From positions 2,436 through 66,435 of the forward strand of contig JAIFWN010000003.1 in NCBI GenBank assembly GCA_019658995.1: a stretch of DNA of 64,000 nucleotides, written 5' to 3'. Of the stretch, positions 38,801 through 46,263 are shown in pieces. This DNA comes from Candidatus Parcubacteria bacterium. GTDB lineage: Bacteria > Patescibacteriota > Minisyncoccia > Phycocordibacterales > Zambryskibacteraceae. The notes beneath the pieces were generated by a model that saw nothing but the letters and a program-made list of their open reading frames with translations, ran no database searches and had not been told where the DNA came from. The position numbers were made by a program, and so were the translations under genes. How positions within the stretch are numbered: position 1 is the stretch's first letter; each line of letters opens with the position of its first letter.

Positions 38801-41061
38801 CATCAACCGGTTGTCTCGGTACGGGCACTACTGCTATCTATGATCCAGTCTCCCATCTGTCCACTATTACCGGTCCTGGTTTATCAACAAATGTCGGCCT
38901 TGGAGCTTACGCTCTGCCTCGTCCTGACGGCACATGGCTTCTTGTAAATGGCGGCGGCGGAGTATCACTCGCCGGTCAGAGTGCTACACAAATATATATA
39001 GAACGAGGTGGAGGGTTAACCGCTACCGGTGACCAGTCAACAATTGGCGCATTTATCTCTGGTCCGACGATGAACGTGGCGGCAAATAGCGGAGGTACGG
39101 CCTTTCAGCTTCCTGACGGCAAGTTCGCCATCATAACGGGAGCTGCGACTACCACTACATCCAACAGTATGCAGTTCTACGATGCAGGATGGGTAGCGAG
39201 TGGCATATACAGGTCTGAGCAATTTGACCTCTCTCCAGTGGGGACGAAGCTCGATTCCAACTCAACTCTTAACTGGAAGTCGAACATGATATCATCCGCT
39301 GTGGGCGGTATCTCCGCCGAAGTAAGGAGCGCTCCCACACAAGCTGCTCTGGCAACGAGTACTACGAGGGAGATACCGATATCGGGCGGACTCATCAATC
39401 CGGCCGCCACCGACACCTGGCTCCAGATAAACTTCAACTTCAGGAGAAGCTTCCCATCTTACGGAGGTATATACAGCGACGTATGGTACTCTTCCGCATC
39501 TATGAGCTATCCACTTCGTCCTGTTGTTACTCCGACTTTGTATGAATTTAAGATAACAAAAGATGATGATCTTTTGACTCTTAACGCCGATGGCTTGGCG
39601 CTCTTCAGAGTCAACTCTGGCGGAGACGTCTATACATCGACAGGAGGCACCATCAACACCTCCGGCGCAGACCTTGCCGAGCGCTATACCTCGCAAGAGC
39701 CTCTCGACTTCGGCGAAGTGGTCTCGGTCGATCCGATGAATAATCATGCGGTCAAGAAAACTTCTTACCAATATCAGCCCGATGCACTCGGTGTGGTCTC
39801 GACCGATCCGGGCTTCGTGGCGGGCGCTTATACTGAAGATTCTTATCCAATAGCTCTTGTCGGCCGCGTGCCGGTAAAGGTTTCGACGGAAAACGGCTTC
39901 ATCCGCGCCGGCGACAAGCTCACAGCAGCGAGCGTCCCTGGCTATGCCATGAAGGCTACTCTTGCCGGACATGTTATCGGCCACGCACTCGAGAATCTTA
40001 AGAGCGATAAGCTTGTAGACTGCCCGGCAAGCAGTATCGTCATACCCGGCAGGAAGTGCGGAGTTGTGATGATGTTCGTCAGCCTTGGGGATTTCATAGG
40101 AGAACCGGTTGGCGATGCCATGATGGAGTACAACAGTTTGCACAATATAGATATTTCGAGCTTTGCTACTACATCTGTGATGCTCGGCGATGAAGCTATA
40201 GGCATTGTACCGGGTACGAGGGAAGCCAACGTATTGAACTTCCTAGAAAACCTGAGGAAGGATAGGGAAGCCGGCTCTTCTTACCGCTCCGAAGTATTTG
40301 CCGATAGAGTATCGGCTGTTTCAGACATTATCGCGCCAAACATTTTTACCCGTATTCTCAAGGCTGAAAGTGTGGAAGGACTGACATTTAAAAGCGATAA
40401 GGTCATTGCCAATGCTTTGGTAGTAAATAGCATCGGTGCTGAGGGCACGACCACGCTAGCTCTTATGGGTGATGTGAACTTCTTCGGTCGACCTTACTTT
40501 ACTTCGGACACTGCTGGCAGTGCCATCATAAAGAAGGGCGCTAAAACAGTGGAGATCATCTTCGACAAGGAGTACATCGATACGCCGATAGTGAGTTCCA
40601 CTATCGCTCTTGAGTCGGCTTCGACGAGCGAAGCACAGGAAGAAGAGATATTCACTCAAGATATCCGCTTCATAGTCTCAAGAAAGAGTGTTCACGGCTT
40701 TACCATAATCTTGAACAAGCCGGCTCCAAACGACATCGGCTTCAGCTGGATAGCTCTGGCGGTGAAGGACTCAAAACTCTTCACCTCAAGAGAAATACCG
40801 CTTGCCGAGACTACTCCGATCACCGCAGTTGTAGAATCTGTGCCTCCTCCGCCAACAACTCCGCCAGTCTCAAATGAGCCGACTTCTACAACCACTATGC
40901 CAGTTGAGGCAACAAGCACTCCATCTATGATAGAAACCACGCCTACAACTACTCCTTCCGTATTACCATCTGAACCAGAATTAACTCCCCAAGTCGAGCC
41001 CGAATCAACACCTATAGTTGATGTTTCTCCATCTGAACCATCCCCGCAAAGCGGGCCATAA
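35440..41061 (+). CDS. Giant surface protein, C-terminal segment (1873 aa): repeats, Kelch-like propeller blades, C-terminal globular region, Pro/Thr-rich tail
   Basis: The track starts at a TTG inside continuing repeat sequence. About 12 blade-like units of pattern [RK]xDG[KT][FYW]hhhxGG ... YDP. Ends with a P/T/S/E-rich low-complexity tail. Confidence 0.7.
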   Translation: MSGLLTLGNLLLTGSSTLQNFTFVNATGTSATTTNFFATNASTTNLFATAIQAGTATFNTILANASSTLQNFTFVNATGTSATTTNFFATNASTTNFFFTTSNGGNETLTARTNATTTGTLNVNGLQFADNGANNRYWTITEDAGNNLQISYPVATDVRINQNFLVSGSTTLQNFTSLNATTAQATTTALAISSLNCSSGAQLLQTNSSGSVICGTDDGGAGSTPGGNAGAVQFNDGASGFTGNENYLFFSNANKLFGIGSSTPTAILSASSTTALLPVAIFDQRSTGGLLTLQRSGVDKFTVSNDGGLNIYGATSDSVKTTTGTGKSSDFDFTGSTIATASTTATNGYVTIIDGTISGDGIVSATTTTTGTVIGNGAQVIIRSDGQYVIIQGGGTATASIWDGFKSGSGAASMATTTIATGGTVNTGAIAVKRPDGRYVIFHGGAANLSSIFDPYNITAAVAGPPPGGACTTGTNAFLRPDGKYVVICGGTTGWGVYDPSQAPPGSLTAGTAIGGNWGAGAHALSRDDGTFLVYQGGGSNTFIYNPFTNTMTAGPTAPAAIAAGALSVRRQDGTFLTLPGAANTSYSYNPVSTTTPNGQGAFVTNFGVGPSSSLSDGSTILWRQDGKYTLITANTTVLNVVDPGSGSIVPKFTNPGAPLALSGNAGAGITAFMLPNGRYAILRGGGQAIDTYDMNFATGLSSGNVQNSYYESECIDNTNLSLDSTLNWNKNDEGTISAQIRTVTSPQDCSTATYRTIQSSGSLIGATTTANNRVQFKFFFQRELPRFLDQEWGVRKTAQTRYRRVNADPVLYDVTVDNSTSLHRTQFDFGNAVSSTTAPSSGPVAVNITNDTNRNNALALAAGVGYGTTINTANNGYYNGAFGFAQPLSTPTASTTVVMKRPDGKFTIIAGNNTINSNVYDPALATSTAATAAANKPTVQIGNGALAFKRPDGKFLIVMGNTSSTTVSSVGATTTNIYDPVTDTYVAGPNLATGGSSNGAGAGAAVIPLPSGRVLIIHGNATNATSVYDPVQNTMTAGPNPTAVVGYGSIVIPRPNGQYMFIPGMVSLTSCTVNTTVNLFDPYAMVFTTNAGVANAGGTGPGAFALQRSDGTWLIVRGGASTGCLGTGTTAIYDPVSHLSTITGPGLSTNVGLGAYALPRPDGTWLLVNGGGGVSLAGQSATQIYIERGGGLTATGDQSTIGAFISGPTMNVAANSGGTAFQLPDGKFAIITGAATTTTSNSMQFYDAGWVASGIYRSEQFDLSPVGTKLDSNSTLNWKSNMISSAVGGISAEVRSAPTQAALATSTTREIPISGGLINPAATDTWLQINFNFRRSFPSYGGIYSDVWYSSASMSYPLRPVVTPTLYEFKITKDDDLLTLNADGLALFRVNSGGDVYTSTGGTINTSGADLAERYTSQEPLDFGEVVSVDPMNNHAVKKTSYQYQPDALGVVSTDPGFVAGAYTEDSYPIALVGRVPVKVSTENGFIRAGDKLTAASVPGYAMKATLAGHVIGHALENLKSDKLVDCPASSIVIPGRKCGVVMMFVSLGDFIGEPVGDAMMEYNSLHNIDISSFATTSVMLGDEAIGIVPGTREANVLNFLENLRKDREAGSSYRSEVFADRVSAVSDIIAPNIFTRILKAESVEGLTFKSDKVIANALVVNSIGAEGTTTLALMGDVNFFGRPYFTSDTAGSAIIKKGAKTVEIIFDKEYIDTPIVSSTIALESASTSEAQEEEIFTQDIRFIVSRKSVHGFTIILNKPAPNDIGFSWIALAVKDSKLFTSREIPLAETTPITAVVESVPPPPTTPPVSNEPTSTTTMPVEATSTPSMIETTPTTTPSVLPSEPELTPQVEPESTPIVDVSPSEPSPQSGP

Positions 41062-41069
41062 AATAAAAT

Positions 41070-41471
41070 ATGACAAAAAAATATAAACTTGCTTTAAGTG
41101 TTGCTCTAGTTTTGGTGATGGGCGTGTTTGTTGGAGTAGGGATCGTAAAGGCGACTGGAAGTAACCAAATAACCACTTTTAATTTAATAGGGGATAATAA
41201 GTTCAAATTTCATGTAGTTAGCTTCGATTGCTCTACATCTACTGACGAAACTTTCACATTACCTACAACCGTTCAGAATAACGGAGTGATTCAAGTAGTA
41301 AAAACAGATTCAACCTCTTGCTCTGGTAGAAAGATAACTCTCCTACCATCTTCGGGAGATATGATTGAAGGCGGACCCGAATATGTTATTTTTTCTGGTA
41401 CAGGTTCTGCAGTTACATTTGTTGCTGACGGAGCAAATAGAAATTGGTGGGCAATTAGTAGCTATAGATAG
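41070..41471 (+). CDS. Small secreted hypothetical protein
   Basis: 133 aa with signal/anchor helix (LALSVALVLVMGVFVGVGIV) and a Cys-containing beta-rich domain. Confidence 0.45.
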   Translation: MTKKYKLALSVALVLVMGVFVGVGIVKATGSNQITTFNLIGDNKFKFHVVSFDCSTSTDETFTLPTTVQNNGVIQVVKTDSTSCSGRKITLLPSSGDMIEGGPEYVIFSGTGSAVTFVADGANRNWWAISSYR

Positions 41472-41523
41472 TAAATTAGTCATAATCTAGCTGGTCATAC
41501 TTGGCTCTGCTATAATTCGCTCA

Positions 41524-41919
41524 ATGGAAAATTTGAAGCAGGAATTCAAGAGTCTGTCTAAGAAGTTAAGAATGGTATTTCTGGCAGTTCTGACAGTCGG
41601 GATCCTTAGCTTAATCTCAACGGCCGTATTGGCAGAGAAGCTCCAGAAGGCTTCGGATCCGGCTCTGGCTGCGCAGGAAGAGATACAGAAGGTCGTGGCT
41701 GAAGTGGGAAGGTTCATAATCCTGCCTGACGATGAGACCCCAACCATGGCAACTGTCTCGGACCCCTCGAAGCTTAGCGGCCAGCCGTTCTTCGAAAATG
41801 CGGAAGCTGGTGATAAGGTTCTCATCTATACCATATCCAGGAAGGCTATACTCTGGAGACCGTCTACAAAGAAAATAATCGAGGTAGCCTCTATCAATGT
41901 CACTTCTCCAGCACAATAA
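41524..41919 (+). CDS. Membrane-anchored hypothetical protein
   Basis: 131 aa, N-terminal coiled segment plus TM helix; TATAAT 8 nt upstream. Confidence 0.45.
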   Translation: MENLKQEFKSLSKKLRMVFLAVLTVGILSLISTAVLAEKLQKASDPALAAQEEIQKVVAEVGRFIILPDDETPTMATVSDPSKLSGQPFFENAEAGDKVLIYTISRKAILWRPSTKKIIEVASINVTSPAQ

Positions 41920-43243
41920 CAGAGCACTTAAGGTTCTCATTCTCTCTTTCGTCTTTGCCGGAATATTTTCCACAGCTAGGGCGCAAAACTTCTCTTCCGG
42001 CGGCTATTCCGTACTCGCTCCAGTTATCGCTCCCGGCGGACACTCTACCTCCCCAAGCTACTCTCTCATAAGCGTAATATCCCAGCTTGCCATAGGCACT
42101 TCATCGGCAACCGCTTTTAATCTATCAAGCGGTTTCCTGTATTATCCCTTCATAACCACGCCTATTCTCGCGGCCACTCCGGGTAATGCGCAGGTAGTGC
42201 TCAATTGGACGGCTGCCGACGGTGTGCTTGGCTGGTCGGTCGGCTCGTACTCGGTGGGACAAACTGTTACGGCGGGCAGTGATTACTCATACACTAATGT
42301 CGGCAATGTACTCACCTCGACTCGTACAGGACTTTCCAATGGCACTACTTACTACTTTATAATCCGGGTCATCGACGCGGCTGGCAATACAGTAGCTACT
42401 TCGACTGAAGTCTTTGCTATGCCCGTCGCTCCGGCTGGCGGAGGAGGTGGAGGCGGGGGCGGAGGTGGCGGAGGAGGTGGAGGCGGGGGCGGAGGATACA
42501 CTGGCGGTGGTACTGGGAGCGGCAGAGTGAACTTCTCAGGACGGGCCTATCCGCGAAGTACGGTGACGGTTCTTAAGGACGCACAAGTTGTCATTACTAC
42601 CGTGGCTGATGCTGCAGCCAACTTCGCAGTCTCACTTATGAACCTCTCGGGAGGTAATTACTTCTTCTCATTATATAGCGAAGACAACAATGGCGTGCGC
42701 AGCAGTCTCCTGACCTTTCCGGTTTCCGTTACCGATGGCTCTACCATGAATATCGGAGGCATCTTCATCACTCCGACCATTGCCGTAGACAAAAGCGAAG
42801 TCAAAAGGGGAGACAATATCTCTATCTTTGGCCAGACGGCCGCCCAGAGTGATGTCACGATCCAGGTTAACTCCGACGAGCCCTTCTTCGCCAAAACCAA
42901 GGCTGATGCCTCCGGTGGCTATCTCTATAATTTCGACACGGTGCCACTTGAGTATGGCGACCACAGCACCAAATCCAAGAGCGCTTTGTCGGGTGAGATC
43001 AGCTCATTCAGCTCCGTTGCCGCCTTCAAAGTCGGCACACAGAACGTGCTTATAGGCAACTTGCCGAAGACTTGCAATAAAAAGGGCGATACCAACAAGG
43101 ACTGCAAGGTTAACCTTGTGGACTTCTCTATAGTAGCCTTCTGGTACAAGCGCCCCAATCCGCCGGCCAATGTCGATCTGAACGGCGATAAAAAAGTGGA
43201 CCTCATAGACTTTTCCATACTGGCTTATAACTGGACCGGATGA
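41897..43243 (+). CDS. Secreted FN3-like/Ig-like protein with C-terminal dockerin-type tandem Ca-binding repeats
   Basis: Signal peptide, FN3-like segment (PGNAQVVLNWTA ... TTYYF), 40-residue Gly tract, Ig-like region. C-terminal duplicated dockerin type I segments GDTNKDCKVNLVDFSIVAFWY and DLNGDKKVDLIDFSILAYNW. Confidence 0.65.
   Translation: MSLLQHNNRALKVLILSFVFAGIFSTARAQNFSSGGYSVLAPVIAPGGHSTSPSYSLISVISQLAIGTSSATAFNLSSGFLYYPFITTPILAATPGNAQVVLNWTAADGVLGWSVGSYSVGQTVTAGSDYSYTNVGNVLTSTRTGLSNGTTYYFIIRVIDAAGNTVATSTEVFAMPVAPAGGGGGGGGGGGGGGGGGGGGYTGGGTGSGRVNFSGRAYPRSTVTVLKDAQVVITTVADAAANFAVSLMNLSGGNYFFSLYSEDNNGVRSSLLTFPVSVTDGSTMNIGGIFITPTIAVDKSEVKRGDNISIFGQTAAQSDVTIQVNSDEPFFAKTKADASGGYLYNFDTVPLEYGDHSTKSKSALSGEISSFSSVAAFKVGTQNVLIGNLPKTCNKKGDTNKDCKVNLVDFSIVAFWYKRPNPPANVDLNGDKKVDLIDFSILAYNWTG
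42431..42490 (+). repeat. Tandem 30-bp x2 GGN repeat encoding the poly-Gly linker
   Basis: GGCGGAGGAGGTGGAGGCGGGGGCGGAGGT is repeated twice head-to-tail. Confidence 0.9.
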
Positions 43244-44010
43244 TGAAATACCCAATATATATAGCATCTCTTATGCTTCTGCTCCCTGTGACTCTCTCCG
43301 CAGCTACGGCTGTTATAGAAGTTGATACGATATCGGAATCCGTGAACGCACTCGAAGCTACTGTCCGGATCCCTTTAGGTATGGAAGTTAAAGAAGTCCG
43401 AAGCGGTGATTCGGTAATAGTCTTTTGGATCACTCCGCCTACGCTGTCGACATCGACAAATTCCATTTCCTTTGCCGGATTTACTCCGGGCGGGTTCAAG
43501 GGCAAACGGACGGTCTTCTCTGTTGTCGGTGAGTTCGACAAGAGCGATCTCTCCGGCATAACATTCAGCGCGGTGCAGGCGCTTAAGAACGACGGTGAGG
43601 GCACGTCTGCCTCGGTCAGGCTTAGCGCCTCTCTTTCAGAATCGGTAGAGGATACCATCGTGCCGGAAACATTTGCTCCTCTTCTGTCGCGATCCGACGA
43701 TGTCTATGCCGGCCGGCTGTTCGTTTCCTTCTCGGCTCTCGATAAGAATACCGGTGTAGCCAAGTTTGAGGTAGCCGAGACCTTCTTCGGCCGACCTGAT
43801 GACGAGGACTGGGTGGAGGCCGCAAGTCCGTATGAAGTCAAAGACAATCTGCTCTTGAAGAGAGTTTATATAAAAGCTACTGACCATAAGGGCAATTACA
43901 GAGTAGAGTCTGTTTCTCTGCCGTACAGGCTCCCCGCAGAGATTTTCCTTGCTATAATTATTGGAGCGTTATGTATACTCGCTCTTCGCTATTCAAAGCG
44001 CTCTTCGTAA
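43240..44010 (+). CDS. Cohesin-like domain surface protein with C-terminal TM anchor
   Basis: Signal peptide; ~140-aa beta-sandwich (VNALEATVRIPLGMEVKEVRSGDSVI ... ISFAGFTPGGFKGKRTVFSVVGEF ... ITFSAVQALKNDGEGT); C-terminal TM helix. Start overlaps the dockerin gene stop by 4 nt (ATGA). Confidence 0.5.
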   Translation: MMKYPIYIASLMLLLPVTLSAATAVIEVDTISESVNALEATVRIPLGMEVKEVRSGDSVIVFWITPPTLSTSTNSISFAGFTPGGFKGKRTVFSVVGEFDKSDLSGITFSAVQALKNDGEGTSASVRLSASLSESVEDTIVPETFAPLLSRSDDVYAGRLFVSFSALDKNTGVAKFEVAETFFGRPDDEDWVEAASPYEVKDNLLLKRVYIKATDHKGNYRVESVSLPYRLPAEIFLAIIIGALCILALRYSKRSS

Positions 44011-45728
44011 TAATCTTCTTCGTCGCGCCGGTTCTGGCCAGTGCCGCTACGCTCTTCATTTCGCCGGAATCAGATTCATACGCTGCGGGAAAAACTTTCT
44101 CTATAAGAGTCAGGGTTTCTTCGCCTCAGGCTATCAATGCGGTATCGGGATCTCTCACCTTTCCGACGGACAAGCTGCAGGTTACATCGGTTTCTAAAAC
44201 CGGCTCGATACTGACTCTGTGGGTTGCCGATCCTTCATACTCCAACTCTGATGGCAAGGTGAGCTTCGAAGGTGTTGTACCTAACCCGGGATGGAGCGGT
44301 ACGGGTGGAACTGTCGCTACCGTCAGCTTCCGCGTAGTCGGATCAGGCTCCGCCAAGGTTTCCTATACGGCCGCATCGGTCCTGGCAAACGATGGCAATG
44401 GTACAGAGCTCTGCTACAATTGCGGTCTCTCAGCGACATACACCCTAGGCGGAGCTCCAGCTCCGGTAGTCCCGGCTGAGGAAGTCGAGCCTTCGGGTAC
44501 TCCCGGCGCTCCCAATATCACTTCGTCTTCGCACCCGGTGCAGAGCAAATGGTATGGGGAGGAAGATGCCAAGTTCTCCTGGACGAACGAGCCGGGCGTG
44601 ACGGCAACCAGAGTGCTTCTGGGAAAGAGCGCCAATTCCACTCCGACCGCGGAGTACACTCCGCCCATAACTAATAGGGAGATAGACAATATCGAAGATG
44701 GCATATGGTATTTCCACGTACAGAACAAGAATAGTAAAGGTTGGGGTTCGACCGCCCACTACATGATCAAGGTCGATACCACTGATCCTGACTCATTTGT
44801 AATGAAAGAGGTGGCGCGTCCCGATGATACCGATCCGAGAGTCAGACTGTCGCTCTCTGCCTCCGACGATACCTCGGGTATAAAGTCCTTCGGCATTCAA
44901 GTGGACAAGGGTGAGATGCAAGACTGGGTCGAAGACGGTACCGGCATATATGTGACAGATCCTCTGCCGCCGGGCGAGCATACAATTTTTGCCAGAGCTT
45001 ATGACGAGGCGGGGAACTTCGCTACGGCTTCGGTTAATGTGGAGGTGAAGGGAATCCCGGCACCCAAGATCACTTCGTATACCGACAAGATTTCCGGATC
45101 GGCGCCAATCATTGTAAGAGGTACAGCTTTGCCAAACTCGATAGTTAGAGTCACTCTTACTAAGGGCGGATCTCTCGGCGGGATCTTCGGCTCCGACTCC
45201 GGAGAAATATCACCGTTTACCAAGGATACCAAATCCGATGACTCCGGCGATTTCTCACTTTCTCTGGATACCAAGGGCATGGAGAGCGGAGCATACGACT
45301 TGACCGCCATAGCTATAGACCGTCGAGGCGCCCAAAGCGAGCCGACCGCACCGAAGACCGTGCTCATCAACGCCGGATGGCTCCGCTCTATAGGTTCGAC
45401 GATCCTTACCGTCCTGGCCATAGCGGTGCCAGTGCTTGCACTCCTCTTCCTCCTCTTTATCATATTCATGAGGGGTTTCCATACCGTGAGGATGACCAAC
45501 AGGAAGTTCAGGGCCGAACTTCATAATATAGAGCATCTGGTCGATCAATCCTTCGTCCTTCTCAAGGAAGACGTCGAGGACTCTATCAGGCTATTAGAGA
45601 AGACGAAGTCGAGGAGGAAATTGACCGAGGAGGAGGAGGCTATAATTGATAGGCTCAGACAGAATCTCCGCGATGCCGAGAAGGTCATACACGGTCAGGT
45701 GAGAAGAATAGAGAAAGAAATTGGCTAA
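43971..45728 (+). CDS. Cohesin-domain surface protein with Ig-like domains, TM anchor and cytoplasmic coiled-coil tail
   Basis: N-terminal domain matches cohesin consensus features (AGKTFSIRVRVSSPQAINAVSGSLTFPTDKLQVTSVSKTGSIL ... GKVSFEGV ... GTVATVSFRVVGSGSAKVSYTAASVLANDGNGTEL). Later Ig/FN3-like segments, one TM helix near residue 480, charged coiled-coil C-terminus. Confidence 0.6.
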   Translation: MYTRSSLFKALFVIIFFVAPVLASAATLFISPESDSYAAGKTFSIRVRVSSPQAINAVSGSLTFPTDKLQVTSVSKTGSILTLWVADPSYSNSDGKVSFEGVVPNPGWSGTGGTVATVSFRVVGSGSAKVSYTAASVLANDGNGTELCYNCGLSATYTLGGAPAPVVPAEEVEPSGTPGAPNITSSSHPVQSKWYGEEDAKFSWTNEPGVTATRVLLGKSANSTPTAEYTPPITNREIDNIEDGIWYFHVQNKNSKGWGSTAHYMIKVDTTDPDSFVMKEVARPDDTDPRVRLSLSASDDTSGIKSFGIQVDKGEMQDWVEDGTGIYVTDPLPPGEHTIFARAYDEAGNFATASVNVEVKGIPAPKITSYTDKISGSAPIIVRGTALPNSIVRVTLTKGGSLGGIFGSDSGEISPFTKDTKSDDSGDFSLSLDTKGMESGAYDLTAIAIDRRGAQSEPTAPKTVLINAGWLRSIGSTILTVLAIAVPVLALLFLLFIIFMRGFHTVRMTNRKFRAELHNIEHLVDQSFVLLKEDVEDSIRLLEKTKSRRKLTEEEEAIIDRLRQNLRDAEKVIHGQVRRIEKEIG

Positions 45729-45740
45729 AACTAAAACACA

Positions 45741-46112
45741 ATGACAGAACTTAATCCAAAACTTACCGAAGACGAAAAGGAAGTAATGTTTGCCAAAGGC
45801 ACTGAAGCTCCTTTCACCGGCGCTTATGTCCATACCAAGGACAAGGGTACATATATCTGCAAAAATTGCGGAGCGGAATTATTCAAATCCGATGCCAAAT
45901 TTGATTCCGGCACCGGCTGGCCCTCCTTCGACAATCCGGCCAACACGCAAAATGTAGTACTCGAGCCAGACAACTCCCATGACATGCACAGGACAGAGGT
46001 GAAGTGCGCGCACTGCGGAGCGCATCTCGGACATGTCTTCGATGACGGGCCGACTACGACAGGGAAGCGCTACTGCATCAACTCGGTTTGCCTGGATCTG
46101 AAAAAGGAGTAA
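45741..46112 (+). CDS. msrB: Peptide methionine-R-sulfoxide reductase MsrB
   Basis: Two CxxC pairs (CKNCGAEL, CAHCGAHLGHVF) and the GTGWPSF motif. Confidence 0.85.
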   Translation: MTELNPKLTEDEKEVMFAKGTEAPFTGAYVHTKDKGTYICKNCGAELFKSDAKFDSGTGWPSFDNPANTQNVVLEPDNSHDMHRTEVKCAHCGAHLGHVFDDGPTTTGKRYCINSVCLDLKKE

Positions 46113-46126
46113 TTCACAGAGTTGAC

Positions 46127-46155
46127 TTGACAAGAAAAGCGGGTTGGAATATAAT
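46127..46155 (+). promoter_or_regulatory. Consensus sigma70-type promoter TTGACA-17-TATAAT upstream of the RRM gene
   Basis: TTGACA at 46127-46132, 17-nt spacer, TATAAT at 46150-46155. That leaves a ~105-nt leader before the ATG at 46264. Confidence 0.5.
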
Positions 46156-46263
46156 AAGGGGGATGTAAGTTTCTCCATAGGTTTCGGGCTTGCCCTGTGA
46201 ACGTAGAAGAGAAAAGACCGGCGCTTACATGTTTAAAAATTTGGCCGGCAAATAGTTATAGAG

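Noticed and set aside
39292-40143. 283-aa minus-strand ORF in the C-terminal region of the giant gene.
   Set aside because: The plus-strand frame continues the giant protein, with Kelch-like blades running into this region; the antisense product has no recognisable features.
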